64,000 nt of DNA from NCBI GenBank assembly GCA_951406725.2, contig OX597826.1, forward strand, positions 51,336,001 through 51,400,000. The letters are read 5' to 3'. The first letter of the stretch is position 1. Each line of letters opens with the position of its first letter. This document shows positions 12,618-26,158 of this stretch, in pieces. A model generated the notes under the pieces. The model was not told the origin of the DNA, made no database searches, and saw only the letters and a list, made by a program, of their open reading frames with translations. The position numbers and the translations under genes are program-made. The stretch is from Octopus vulgaris. Its lineage: Eukaryota.

Positions 12618-14124
12618 ACCAGTTATATACTGGGTGGAATTAATCGCTGTTTTAGCGTAATTTTGTAGGAGGTCTTTGTGAATAATTTCAGATAACGCAT
12701 TAAGAAGCAATAGGACTAGGAATTGGGAGTGAATTGCTGTGTTTCATACGACGGAAATTACAATTCCGAAAATTTTTTCCAAAATGTTTTAAAGTTTTTG
12801 CCTCTCCCACTGCCGATTCCGTGACCGTTTCGTTCCCAATGATGTAATAGTAGCTATTATGAATGTCCGCCATTTAGTTATATCAACTAATACGTAGTCA
12901 GACGAGAGGAGTATCTGGTTGTTTTTTTTTTTAATGATGAATAACGTGATTTTTGAACTCCTCAAACTTGAGTGCCTGTCATCGTCAGCACTCCAATGGT
13001 TCTACACTTCAAAATACTCACATCTTAATATATACACTCCGGATAGTATCTTCCCTTCTCCTCTTTCTCTTTTAGCCCAAAGCCAGCTCTGGATCATTCC
13101 GTATTGCGAGATTCTTTTTCATCTCATAGACAGTGATTTGAAGAAAATTTGGCTGCGGCTTCTATCCATCAGGGCAACCACTTTGAGGCGCACTAGTATT
13201 ATGAAGTACTAATTATCGCTCTAAGTAGCGTTAGTAATGAGTAATTAATTTGTGCTTCAGTTGCTTGCATGCATTAAGTCCAAGCCGGAAGACATCAGCG
13301 AGGGAGAGCATTTCAATGTATTCTTTTCCAGAACATTCTGTAGATATTTCATTACAGGTCACCAGGAGTCATCTATGTTTCATTAACTGTGTTTTTAGTT
13401 TAATACTTTTTATGAGGAAATTATTTTCATTGCTAGGAGACATTTCTGACTGAAGATTAATAAGTCAGTATGCGAAGATGTTTATAATACCATAGACATT
13501 GCATGACCTAACGTGAGATCAATAAATTAAGACGTTTATTCAACAGTTTATAAAGTGGGTGTTCTCTTCACATCAAACGTCTGGAGCAGCAATTCAATTT
13601 GATGTTTTAATACAATTTCGTATAAAAATAGATTCTTATATAACAAACTATAAACTGAAATTAAATGAATGATTTTTTTTTCTTTGTTTTGATCTGTCTG
13701 TTCTATCTCTTTACTTTTCTTTTTATTAAAAAAAGAAACTGAATTTAATTTATTGATAGTAAAACGATATCATATGCCTTAAAAACAATTCGTTTTTTTT
13801 TCATCCTAAAATTGAAACCCCCAATTTAAAATCTTACTTCAGATGTAACAAAGGCATGCATTAGAATATTTTGGGTTCTAATTCTAAGATTGGAACTACG
13901 ATTTCATTAATCTTTCTAAAGGCGTAGCTTGAAGACGTGCCTTAAAACAATTGATTTTTTTCTTCTTTAATTGAAGGGCCAATTACATATATATTACAAT
14001 GGATGTAATTTGAAAAGTGACAGACACCGCTAGTTTGTATCTCTCAAGCTACTATATATGTAGATATGTCAGTAAATTATGTGTGATACTTCATAACCAT
14101 TTACATTTTTTTCTAAATTCTCGA

Positions 14125-14280
14125 TACAAGGCCAGGAATTTCAGGAGAAAGGACTGTTCGATTACATCAACTGGAACTTATTATATCGACGCCAAAAGGA
14201 TGAAAGACAAAGCCGACCTCGGCGGAATTTGAATTCAGAACATAAACACAGACGAAATGCAGCTAAACATTTTGCTCGGG
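14125..14280 (-). mobile_element. SINE family B (tail X), degenerate
   Basis: ACAAGGCCAGGAATTTC..AAAGGATGAAAGACAAAGCCGACCTCGGCGGAATTTGAATTCAGAAC. Confidence 0.65.
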
Positions 14281-15606
14281 ATAATATATTGATATTGTAA
14301 CTATGCAACTCAAAGATATATGTATACTTAGAGGAGTGTTGTAGATTTAACCGACAACATATACGTGGAAATTGTATTTCCTGAATCTCATAATTCAAAA
14401 CATCGAAACAACTGAAATGTTGTGAGTTATTGTTCAATTTTAATTCACTGATTTTTACCAGTCACTGACATCAATATATTAATCTTGGTTTTTGGCATAT
14501 GGACAAGGTTTCAAATATGGGCTAGAAGCATCATTATTTCATGTAATTCGTTGCTTGACGAATACTTTATTTTATCGATCTGACTTCGGAACGATGAAAG
14601 GCAAACTCGACGCTGGTAGGATTTAAACTAAGAATGTAAAGAGATGTAAATTAACATAACCCTTTCTACTGTAGAGGTTATAAGACTTTAACAGCATCAT
14701 GACGTTAAAATCGTGTCGGCTGTCTTTTGGTTATAAATGTCTTACGCTTTTTCGTTGGTTGATTTGACTGTCCATACGTCGATTTTAATCTTCGTGTAAA
14801 GTTTCTTTATTTCATAAAATAAGCCACAAGGGCTTTTACACAAAAGCAATTGCGGGCTCAGAGAAGTTATTAGAATCGGGTCTACGGCAGTTATAAAAAA
14901 CTCTAATTTTTGGGAAGTTATTCAGTGCCACTCTGTTTGCCACACGGGACCTTGTCACTCATTCTGCCAATGCTATTTTGCATTGTTCATCCTTCATGAC
15001 CTTATGTCATGCCTTTTTCAATCTTTTTAGAGTAGTTTTGAGGAACTAGTTAAGAAAAATTTTCCTGTCGTCATTCTAGGGACAGACTCCTTCCTAAAAA
15101 ATATTTTTCCTCTTTATGCTAAGTTATACAATTTTTCCTATTACTATTATACTGTGATAAATTCAGTTTATATATTTTGACTTTCTGTAAATAAATGATT
15201 GGTGTTAAATCCAGTCCTTCTCTTGATATTTATCTGTGCGAACTTTCATCGTAATATTACAAGGAAAATGAACTAGCTAAATATTTATTTGCATACATCT
15301 TATGAAGTTATACTGAAGCCTTTTGTCAACGAGAGAATACAGCTAACCTAGTATGAAGAAACGAAATAACATTCTTAAGATAAAAATCACTTCTGAATTT
15401 CGCTTCCACAGATAACTTCACCTTGTTATCAAAAGCACATTTTCTTATCCTATTTGAACTATCATATAACGGTGATTTTAATGGACTGTCGGTATCTTCA
15501 ACATACATGCTGAACGTCCTTACAATTGTATATTACTTCTAGCGTTCTATCTACACATCGCAACTAAATAATTGATAACCCGACTTATCACCAACATCCA
15601 CCGTTA

Positions 15607-15812
15607 TTCTACTATAGGCGCAAGTCCCGGAATTTGTTAGGTGGCGGATAGTCGATTACATCGACTCCAGTATTTGACTGATACTTAATTCATCGACCAA
15701 GAAAGGATGAAAGGCAAAGTCGACCTCGGACGAATTTGAACTCAATGTTAAAATGGACGAAATGCCGCTAAGCACTTTGGCCGGCGTACTAATGATTCTG
15801 TCAGCTCGCCTC
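15607..15812 (-). mobile_element. SINE family B (tail X)
   Basis: TTCTACTATAGGCGCAAG..GTCGATTACATCGAC..GATTCTGTCAGCTCGCC. Confidence 0.78.
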
Positions 15813-16072
15813 CTTTAGAGGGATATCAATTAATAATGCAATACTTTCCGAGAGATGATCTGCCAGTTCTGTAATGGTACCACTCTACTCAATATATTGT
15901 TTCCTGTCGTACCAAACCTCATATTTTACTGTAGGGTATAGTTGGTTACTTCTACCACGGTATTTTAGTTTATCAACTACGAAACTTAAGTTGACTTAGA
16001 TGGAATTTGAAGTCAGTACGTAACTGGCCATAATTGAATACAACGAAGCATTGTGTCCGATCCTCTGATACA

Positions 16073-16351
16073 ATCAACGGAACAGCTTGCTCGCGGAATT
16101 AACGTGCAAGTGGCTGAGTATTCCACAGACACGTGTACCCTTAACGTAGTTCTCGAGGAGATTCAGCGTGACACAGAGTGTGACAAGGCTGGCCCTTTGA
16201 AATACGAGGTCATCTTTGACTGATCCTTTTGAGGTGAGAGAAAGTTGTGGTGAAAGAGTACAGCAGGGTTCACCACCACCCCCTGCAGGAGCCATGTGAA
16301 GCTTTAGGTGTTTTCGCTCAATAAACACTCACAACGCCCGGTCTGGGAATC
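16073..16351 (-). mobile_element. SINE head C + tail b, truncated
   Basis: Matches 22060-22335. Confidence 0.8.
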
Positions 16352-17050
16352 GCAGGCCTTGTGCCTAAATCGGAAACCGTTATTAAATGTGACTCTTGAA
16401 TGCATAATCGGAAACCGTTATTAAATGTGACTCTTGAATGTATAATCGCTGCCATTATTAAAGAATATATAAAGCGGCGAACTGGCAGAATCGTTAGCAC
16501 GCCGGGTGAAATGATTTGCGGCTCTTCGTCTGTTTGTATGTTCTGAGTTCAAATTCATCCCTGGTCGACTTAGCCTTTCATCCTTTAGGGGTCGATAAAT
16601 TAAGTACCAGTTGGAAACTGGCTTTAATATTTATCAAACACGTCAACCCAGAATTGCAGGCCTTGTGCCTAAATCGGAAACCGTTATAGGTCTTGTTCCT
16701 TTAGTAGAAGGCTAAAAAGGCGGTGAGCTGACAGAATCGTTAGCACGCCGGGCAAAATATTTAGAGGCATTTCGTCAGTCTTAACGTTCTGATTTCGAAT
16801 TCATCCGTGGTCGACTTAGCCTTTCATCCTTTAGGGGTCGATAAATAAAGTACCAATGGAACACTAGGGTCGATGTAATTGACTGGTCCCTTCCTCCAAA
16901 ATTTCAGGTCTTGTTCCTTTAGTAGAAGGCTAAAAAGGCGGTGAGCTGACAGAATCGTTAGCACGCCGGGCAAAATATTTAGAGGCATTTCGTCAGTCTT
17001 AACGTTCTGATTTCGAATTCCACCGAGTTCGATATTGCCTTTCTGTACCA
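16352..17050 (+). mobile_element. Cluster of three head-to-tail SINE family B copies with local tandem duplications
   Basis: Heads at about 16474, 16719 and 16937; 16688-16800 is duplicated at 16906-17020; AATCGGAAACCGTTATTAAATGTGACTCTTGAATG occurs twice (about 16367-16440). Confidence 0.75.
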
Positions 17051-17277
17051 AAATCTGAAATCATTGTTAAAGGATATAAGGTAATAGAATGGCAACGATG
17101 GTGTTTAGTCAAACTACATCAGGTTTCTTTACGGTCTATAGTGAAATCCCGCCAGAGTCTGCTGTATCTTGCATTCTTCAGTAATCCTTATGATAAATAA
17201 CAATAGCATACAGGAGTCGATTGTTCAATCGATTACACCAGGATATTAGCAAATAAATTAGATAATAAATACATATA

Positions 17278-17560
17278 AGCGCAGGCATGGTCAGAAGTTT
17301 GTTTCTCAACCACAGTGTAGCATATAGAGCAAGTGTCTTCTACTATAGCCCCGGCCGATCAAAGCATAATGAATGGTTTCGGTATATAGAAACTGAAAAA
17401 AACCCCATCGTGTGTGTATGTATATGTCTGTCTTTGTGTTTGTCCCACACACCTTGGTTGGTTTGTTTAGGTCCCTGTAACTTAGCGGCTCAACAAAAGG
17501 ATTTGATAGAATAAAAACCAGACTTAGAAAAATAAGTACTGGAAGCGATGTGTTTAACTA
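17278..17560 (+). mobile_element. SINE family A, degenerate
   Basis: GCAAGTGTCTTCTACTATAGCC..GGCCGATCAAAGC and GTAACTTAGCGGCTC..ATAAGTACTGG match the family. Confidence 0.6.
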
Positions 17561-17662
17561 AACCTTTGTACAGTTCTATATTTAAGAGATGAGGAATTAT
17601 GTACATTATTTACACTATTTAAATTCGACGGATATTTGTCCTCTTCTTGTTTGTTGTTAACG

Positions 17663-17701
17663 CAACGTTTCGGCTGATATACTCTCCTGCCTTCCTCAGG
17701 T
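17663..17701 (-). ncRNA. Minimal hammerhead motif (inverted copy)
   Basis: Minus strand: AC CUGAGGA A GGC-AGGAGAGUAUAUCA-GCC GAAA CG UU G. Confidence 0.5.
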
Positions 17702-17753
17702 ATCTTGGGGAAATTTCTAACCCTAAGATTCCGAGTTCGATTCCAAGCAGTGA

Positions 17754-17862
<109 letters not shown>

Positions 17863-17877
17863 TATTATTATTATAAA

Positions 17878-18434
17878 TGCCCTGATGCAGTACCAGGCAG
17901 TGACCCTCATAGATTCTTATGTTCACTGATTGGAGGTGTTATCATGTACATTCTTTTGTCTTGGTATAAAAGATGGGCTAACAGCAAATATTGTACTCAA
18001 TACCACAGATTTGCTTGTCGGTTGTTTGACCATAACCAGTTGAGCATGTCCCTTAGTGGCTGACGATATGTGCATCTCTGATCACGAGCAAAAGTAGTGG
18101 GGGAGCATCATAGCCATGTGTTGAGAGGAATTCATTGAGGTTTGGATAATTCACCTTGGGAAACATGGGTGTTTTGTTCAACATCCTTAAACAATCTTTA
18201 TTCAGGGACCTTTTGAATGGGATGGGCTACTCGACCTGAAGAAAATTCTAATTGGGCCTCACCTATAAGTTTCTGCGCTGTTCATCTTGGTATGAGATCA
18301 CCATGTCAGGCACATATGGTTGTGATGTATGTGCCTGGTGTGTCCTAATCAGACAGGTAGTCACGATGGGTATACTGGGCTTTGTATATTTTACCCCAGT
18401 ATCACTTTGACGTCATGCAATGCTCTCTCACTCA

Positions 18435-18480
<46 letters not shown>
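17878..18480 (+). mobile_element. 3' fragment of a non-LTR retroposon with (AAT)n tail, inserted in an AAT/AAC tract
   Basis: Complex, non-microsatellite 550-bp segment flanked by (AAT)n on both sides, ending ...CTCTCTCACTCAGT(AAT)n. Confidence 0.45.
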
Positions 18481-18483
<3 letters not shown>

Positions 18484-18565
18484 TGATGATGATGATGATG
18501 ATGATGATAATAATAGCATCGAAAAATACCTTAGAAATGAGAATCCAGCTTTGAAATTTTCCCAA

Positions 18566-18611
18566 GACACCTGAAGAAGGATGGGGAGTATGTCAGTCGA
18601 AACGTTGCGTT
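18566..18611 (+). ncRNA. Minimal hammerhead motif (partly decayed) in the 3' module of the tRNA-HHR element
   Basis: GACAC CUGAAGA A GGAUG...CAGUC GAAA CG UU GCGUU. The consensus with the copies at 17663-17701 and 24630-24660/24885-24912 is GACAC CUGAUGA A GGCUG..CAGCC GAAA CG UU GUGUU. Confidence 0.55.
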
Positions 18612-19179
18612 AACTACAAACAGGATGAGGACAAATATCCGTCGAATATAAATAAGGTAAATAAATCTTTGTAACGTTTCAGCGTGTCCCAATAACTGAA
18701 GCAATTAAATATACAATAATTTTTTTAAAACTAATAAATTATTAATATATTTCCTTGAAATATATTTCCTGATAAAAGTTACTTTAATAATAGAAGGATG
18801 AAACAAATTAATATATTGGAAGAGAGAAAAAATAAAGGCGTAACGTTTAGAGAATATATTTCTAAATGTCTCATGTGCAAAGGTCTGTCAACACTTTCAG
18901 GATGGTATCTAATCTAGGCACTGCACATTGATAATGAAACAGTTAAGTACATGAAAATGGCATTTCAACCATAATAGTCCCGCAATATTTATTTACTCTG
19001 TTCATGAATAGCCCATTCTATTAATACCTTTCATAGCCATTATTTAAGAATGATTTCCGGTGCTTTATATATGTTGTGTGGTGCATTCTTTGGGTCGTAC
19101 ACTTATCATAATGTTCTACAGCTTGAAAAAGAAAAAAATATCCGATTGATTTAATTTTTCTAAAAGTTACATCAACACT

Positions 19180-19416
19180 ACGTAAAGTATACTAGCCATC
19201 TCAATATGGCTAACCACTAAGGGTGGGTGTTACTGTAGCTTTTAGTCCCAGGAGATCATCGTCTCCAGCTGGCTTTAGGCACACTTTCTGTGCCCTTATG
19301 GTATTTGCAAAGTGTGCCCAAAGCCAGCTGGAGACGATGATCTTCTGGGGCTAAAAGCTACAGTAACACCCACCCTTAGTGGTTAGCCATATTGAGATGG
19401 CTAGTATACTTTACGT
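19180..19416. repeat. Near-perfect palindrome, 108-bp arms, 21-bp spacer
   Basis: 19180-19287 versus 19309-19416, about 3 mismatches. Confidence 0.93.
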
Positions 19417-19723
19417 TGTCGAGCGGTTACTGTTTACATCTCGTTCAGAGATTTATTAGTACTTACATCAACGCTATTATTTGAATTCAGCATTGCATGC
19501 TAACGAAGCACGTTTTAGTTTTACAGTGCTCCCTCTGCTTACAGGAGGCGAACTGTTCCCATTCAACTATATTTACGTTCAGCTGAGTTAATGGGGCTGC
19601 TGAAAAGTACGCGATCTGGCTACTAACAGTGCTACTAACACTATACAAACCAACAATTGGTAATTCTATATATTATCTATGCTGCAGAGCTGCTTTTATT
19701 GTACCATCTCTTAATTCTTCGAG

Positions 19724-22592
19724 TTAATTCGTAAATTTAAAAACATCCTGCTTGTCATTTTGATTTCCGAATTCAATTATTTTATACACTCGTAACATGT
19801 GTAGCCTTTCTCTTGCACGTGTGGGGTCTTGAAGGCAAGTCAAGCATCTTCTATCAATACAATGAGGTTCGTTGATCTGCTCTTGATTAAAATGGTGTAG
19901 TTTACATAATTTAACTGAACCAAGGCATGTACATAAAATTGAAATTAATATACTCCCACATGACACAAGTATTTTGTGATTTAATGACAGGTAAAAATGG
20001 AAAATGCAACAATTTTAGAGCAGTAATTGTAACCATTACATGCTCCACCATAATTTACTTAAAATAGTTCACTTCTTACGAATATTTCGCTTTGATCTCG
20101 CTAAAAGCAGCGATAAAGAGATGCTACGCAAATGAAGATTTCATTTAAAACGAAACTCAGATAGGAAAAGGAAAAAAATGTTCTTCGGCTTGTGTAATTA
20201 GCTTAGTTAATGTAATTTAACACATATTTACATACAATTAGTATAGTTACTTAGAGCTATGCTGCTATATTATGTTCAATAATAGAGAAGAAAGGGTAAG
20301 ATCTAGTTTTCTCTGAACTCCTTCCTATCAGATTCTCTTTATCCTAGAAATAGATGTATTCGTAGTCGTGGCAAAAGATAATAATAATAATATTCTAAAT
20401 AAGGGGCTGGCCATTCAGTTAGGGGTGTGCGTGTGCATGGCTTCATATGAGTAAGGCAAGTGTCTGATACATATGTTCAACTGATCCATTAGTAAAAAAA
20501 ATGATCATGTGAGTAAATGACGACTAAATAACTGTAAAAACAAAGGAGTTCAGTTCTTTCATTGATGATAGATGATGGGGAACTGGCGAGGAGATGCTCA
20601 TGCCAGGTTCAAATTGGAAGGGTTTTCAGTTTAGGTTCACACTCATGAATCTTCGTAAGGTTGATGATCATCTTCCTCATCGTCGATGTCATCATCATCA
20701 TCATTATCATCATCATTATAATTAGCAGCCATCATTATCATTTTCATTATTGATAGAATCGTCGTCAGGATTGTCATTATCAGCGTCATTATGATCATTA
20801 TCATCGTAATCGTCATTACACTCATCATCATCATCGTAATCCGTGACTGTCATCATCATCATTGTCATTATCATTATCATTCTCCTCGCCCTCCCCTCAT
20901 CGTCAATTTAATTTCGGTTACGTTCCTTAAGAAAGACGTGAATTTCAGGTAATTGTAATCCTATGTTTCTTCTTAGAATTGGGAAGGCTGAAACGAGGAT
21001 TTGAAACACGTGCTCTCCAAGTGCATAAGCACTGGTAACATCAGTGAAGAGAAATAGTACCGTGTACATTTGAAAGTGTAGCATCGAATGCGTGGACAGG
21101 TTAGTGATGAGCTCCTTTCGTCACTTCAATGGGGGATTGTTGGTAATATAAATTGTTATTACCGTTACTTCCGTTGAATGTTTTCAGATGAGCTTCATTT
21201 CATAGTCTCACCGGTTGGAAATTTTCCATAAGAACTCGCTCGCATTGCTAAAATTTTACTAAACGTCCTGTATATCTCATGGACACAGTAGAAATTCTAT
21301 GCTCGATGGTTTCTCTCAGAAGATATGAATTGTGTTATAAACTCATTCCTCATTGTTTTTCTATAGAATATGACTTTGATTTCATTACGTTCAGTGTTAA
21401 AAACTAGCATGCTTAATCTTAACGGTTTCCTTCGTTTTGATGTTTCCTATACTTTAAATAATAGCCGATAGAACTACTAATTAATTACTTACCTCCTAAA
21501 GTTATGATATGAAACGACAGCCTATACCAAAAGCACCTCTGTCATGTTCGTACAAAGATCTAAAAACTAAGCCGAAATCCCCTGTTCTATCCCAAAATAC
21601 AATGCTCCACCATACATCCATCTCTCTCCTCCCCCACTCATTTTAAATCCTCCCCCACTCATTTTAATTTTCGATAGAAAATTCTATTTTCCACCTGTCA
21701 GTTATTGTTGTTCGCTTTTTCTTGACATTCCAACATTTTGGCATTCTTTCCTCATTTCTTCCTAAAAACCATTCAGTAATATTGTCCAGTACGATGCTTA
21801 ATAACTATTTGAACAATCTGAGAACATTCTCCGTCATCTAGTCTGTATTGTAGAGAGCTGTGCAATGTCTACGGTTGCTTGGAAAAGGGATCTGTGAAAC
21901 TAGCAGTAATCTGTGAAGTTTTAGATTCGAAATATCTTATAAAGTAATAGATCATAGATTGACTTCTATTTCATATAGGTCATTATCACGATCATTTAAT
22001 TTACACATGGATGGAAGCACTCCGTCGGTTACGACGACGAGGGTTCCGGTTGATCCGAATCAACGGAACAGCCTGCTCGTGAAATTAACGTGTAAGTGGC
22101 TGAGCACTCCACAGACACGTGTACCCTTAACGTAGTTCTCGGGGATATTCAGCGTGACACAGAGAGTGACAAGGCCGGCCCTTTGAAATACAGGTACAAC
22201 AGAAACAGGAAGTAAGAGTGAGAGAAAGTCGTGGTGAAAGAGTACAGCAGGGATCACCACCATCCCCTGCCGGAGCCTCGTGGAGCTTTAGGTGCTTTCG
22301 CTCAATAAACACTCACAACGCCCGGTCTGGGAATCGAAACCGCGATCCTATGACCGCGAATCCGCTGCCCTAACAACTGAGCCATTGCGCCTCCACTACA
22401 ATTTACACATACACACATGTGTGTCAATAGAACACGCAACCATACTCCAAATAATTTATTTGTTAATTCAAGTATTTAAAAACTTCCTGCTTGTCATTTT
22501 GATTTCCGCCTTCAATGATTTTATATACTCTTAACATTTGTAGCCTTTCTCTTGCACTTGTGGAGTCTTGAAGGTAATTCAAGCATCTTCTG

Positions 22593-22597
<5 letters not shown>
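19724..22597 (+). repeat. Direct duplication of about 135 bp (19724-19855 and 22463-22595)
   Basis: TTAAAAAC.TCCTGCTTGTCATTTTGATTTCCG..GTAGCCTTTCTCTTGCAC.TGTGG.GTCTTGAAGG..TCAAGCATCTTCT at both sites. Confidence 0.85.
22009..22399 (-). mobile_element. SINE head C + tail b, with 11-bp TSD
   Basis: TSD AATTTACACAT at 21998-22008 and 22400-22410; tail ..CCCTCGTCGTCGTAACCGACGGAGTGCTTCCATCC. Confidence 0.88.
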
Positions 22598-22649
<52 letters not shown>

Positions 22650-22748
22650 GTATCAATGTATGTATATATGTATGTGATTTGTATTGCCATAAAGGAAATA
22701 GTTATTTAATTGTGTGGAGATTCTGTATTGCATAATTTTCAGTATACG

Positions 22749-22912
22749 TAGGCGCAGGCGTAGTTCTGTGGTATGAAACTTGCTTCCCAACCAGATGGTT
22801 CCGGGTTCAGTCCCACTGTGTGGTACGTTGGGCAAGTGTCTTCTACTGTGGCCTTGGGCCGACCAAAGCCTTGTGAGTAAATTTGGCAAACGGAAACTGA
22901 AAGCAGACCGTC

Positions 22913-22913
<1 letters not shown>
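22749..22913 (+). mobile_element. SINE family A, 5' half running into (TA)n
   Basis: TAGGCGCAGGCG...GGTTCCGGGTTCAGTCCCACTG...GAAAGCAGACCGTCG. Confidence 0.8.
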
Positions 22914-22984
<71 letters not shown>

Positions 22985-22990
22985 TAAATA

Positions 22991-23229
22991 AATGCGCCGT
23001 TTTCAAGCCTAGCCAGGGTCATGGGCCCGGTTTCCCGGTTTCTATGGTGTATATGTTCCCCAGCTGGACGGGACGACAGTCCATCGCAGCGTTACTAATT
23101 TTTGCCAGCTGTGTGGACTGAAGCAACGTGAAATGAAGTGTTTTGCCCAAGAAAACAACGCGTCGCTCGGTCCAGGAATCGAAACCACAATCTTACGATC
23201 ATGGTGCTGACACCCTAACAACTAAGCCT
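22991..23229 (-). mobile_element. SINE head D + tail c
   Basis: Head ..GGTTTCGATTCCTGGACCGAGCGACGCGTTGTTTTCTTGGGCAAAACACTTCATTTCACG..; same tail as 26731. Confidence 0.8.
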
Positions 23230-24029
23230 AATAATTAAGGACGTTATCAGTAACATCACTCTCAGAAAATGAAAACAAAAATCCACTAAAAAAGAAAACA
23301 AGAATGAATTACAATAAATCTGTTAGTAATAGAACACAAATTATTAGTAAGCACCAAAATTCCAGTTACACTAACTATGTGGTAATACATGAAACATTAC
23401 TCAATGCCTAATATTGTAAAATATATTTGACAATCATGGCAAGCAATTCTGAATGTGTTTTAGTTTTCATAATCATCTTCAGCGAAGCATAGACGTGGTT
23501 ATACTGATATTATATTGTACGTGATTGAAATAATATTATCCATTACCATTATCTTTACTAGTCACCTTACTGCTACACCATAAAAATAAAAACAAAAGCA
23601 AAAAGATAAAAAGATATACATACATTCATATAAACATTCGTACCGTCTATGTATGCACTAGGGCACGTGGCCTAGTGGATAAGCTGTTAGTCTTCTCCCA
23701 ATAATAGTCGTGGATTCAGTTCTTGCACCGGGAATAATGTTTCGGCTGAAAAGGTGTATCGGATTCGTGGTCTCTTTTGTGTAGCTCTCTTTCCTATCTC
23801 TCTGATATTTGAAGTCTGTAACAGAAGCCAGTTAAGTGTCCCTCTGATACTTAGACATCCAAATTTAGACATCCAAATGCTCTTGAACATCCAAAGTTGA
23901 TTTCCGAATAATTTTAAAGAGGAAACTTCTTAGGAACAAAATACTTTTATTGGTGTATATCTTAATTTCCACTAATATATAAATAAAATATACGTACATT
24001 TATTTAATTATTTTATTGTTTTTATCTTT

Positions 24030-24105
24030 GTCCTGATGAGTGACTATATTTAAACTGAATTGATTTTATTGTTATCAAATTGAAAATATAGCCACGAAAC
24101 ACTAA
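24030..24105 (+). ncRNA. Defective hammerhead core
   Basis: CUGAUGA GUGACUAUAUU...AAUAUAGCCAC GAAA C: core and long stem II present, stem III/I not recoverable. Confidence 0.4.
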
Positions 24106-24240
24106 TTATATACTATTTATTTATTATTTAGTACTTTATTTAGTTCTAGGTAAATGTTTTATCGTATCTTTAATTTTTTCTATATGGTATGATTTAAGTA
24201 TATCATTGTCGAATTGCTTCATGATGGTTCTTCTCTAATT

Positions 24241-24346
<106 letters not shown>

Positions 24347-24581
24347 GTGTAAACAGAGTTAGCGGTTATTATAATTTCCGTATGTACTATCGGTAACCGT
24401 TATCCGTGCTATCCCCGGGCATTGATATGCAGGCACACTATGCACGTAGAGTGCAGGTAAGAAGACATTATCAGGAAACACATGCAAATAATCAGAAAAT
24501 GGAGGAAATCTCAGATTAACAAACACATCGATTGGACCACATTTCTAGTTTATTTTTTAATACAAAGCATAACACAGTTGC

Positions 24582-24972
24582 GGAATTATGAACATTATTT
24601 ACATTTGACGGACATTTGTCCTCATCTTGTTTGTTTACCCTCCAGCCTTCATCAGATGTCTTGGGGGAAATTCCTAAGGTATTTTTCGATATTATTATTA
24701 TTATTATTATTGAGGTTAATGCTTGGAATCGAACTCGGAATGTTGGGGCTGGCTCTTAACCACTGCGCCATATGCCCGCGGGAAATTATGGAGGGAATTT
24801 TATGTATTATAAATCTAATATTTTCCTATCCTTCCTTAAAACAGGTTCCAATATGCTTTTCATATTTTTACTCGGTCTTCTTAGGAGGGTATATCATCCG
24901 AAATGTTGTGTTAACAACAAACAAGATGCAGACAAATATACGTCAAATGTAAATACCGTAAATAATGTACAA
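24582..24972 (-). mobile_element. Second copy of the tRNA-head/(AAT)n/hammerhead element with inverted 5' module
   Basis: Minus strand: inverted module (24884-24972), about 100-nt spacer, GGGCATATGGCGCAGTGGTTAAGAGC (A box) ... GAGTTCGATTCC (B box), (AAT)7, then ATCGAAAAATACCTTAGGAA...CTGATGAAGGCTGGAGGG... Confidence 0.62.
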
Positions 24973-25111
24973 ATCATGACATAATAAATATGTGACGTAA
25001 CAATAAGCTATATAAATATGCTATAAATGTGGTCCAATCGATGTGTTTGTTAATCTGAGGTTTTCTCTACTTTCTGATTATCTGTGCATAATGTGTGTGT
25101 GTGTGTGTGTA

Positions 25112-25162
<51 letters not shown>

Positions 25163-25168
25163 GTATGC

Positions 25169-25249
<81 letters not shown>

Positions 25250-25378
25250 CATATATCTATATATATCTATATATTATCAAGCTAATATATTTTCGTATAA
25301 AGTGGTCAAGGAGAGCCTAGGTAGGCCCCCTACAACAATTAGAAAAGTACAGTAGAATCTATCAGGTTATACTCGTGT

Positions 25379-25410
<32 letters not shown>

Positions 25411-26087
25411 TTATGTGTGTGTGTGTGTGTGTGTGTGCTCGTGCGCACATATTTGTTTCTATGGACATGAAATATCTGTTAATTATCTAATCATGCCACC
25501 AATAAATTTAAGCATTTAAACTTGGTTTGCTAAATTAAAATATTGCTTGCTCTAAGATCTGTTCTTGGGCAAATGAATGAAGGCCACAATACTTCTGACG
25601 ACCATCCAACCTACAACAAACAATATAATTATCATCTTCATTTGTCTTGTAGCTAAGAGAATAACAAGGAGCATTTACAACTGTAGACGTAGGCGCTAAA
25701 CGTTGTAAAATATCATCACATCTCCAGACGTCGGCGCTAAAAATTGTAAATTTATGAGATGTCTTCATTATATGACATTTGTATTAGACTCATATAAATA
25801 CATACATACATACATACATACTTGTGTGTATGTGAATATATATACATATATACAAGCTATATGTAAAAATAGTGTGTGCATATGTATAAGTCTTCGTATG
25901 CGTACTTATCTGAAAGTGCCTTAGGTTGAATGCGATAAGTTTAAGATATGTTTAAAGTATAGAAAGATGCAGATGTTTGACAACGAATATGTTGAAATAT
26001 CTCATCGGATAAATAAAAGAACGTTGAGATTTCCTTCAATTTATTTAGCCACGTTTCATTACTTCCGACATTCCCTTGAACTCCCCA

Positions 26088-26158
<71 letters not shown>

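Noticed and set aside
14750-15560. Possible Penelope RT remnant (MYVEDT..VISFLHTRL, minus strand); similarly 44850-45400 and a LINE-like relic at 860-2060
   Set aside because: The motifs are too decayed to support without a profile search.
24712-24782. Possible tRNA gene (likewise the SINE heads)
   Set aside because: The anticodon arm is deleted or mismatched, the acceptor stem is poor, and the sequence is embedded in a repeat; it is tRNA-derived only.
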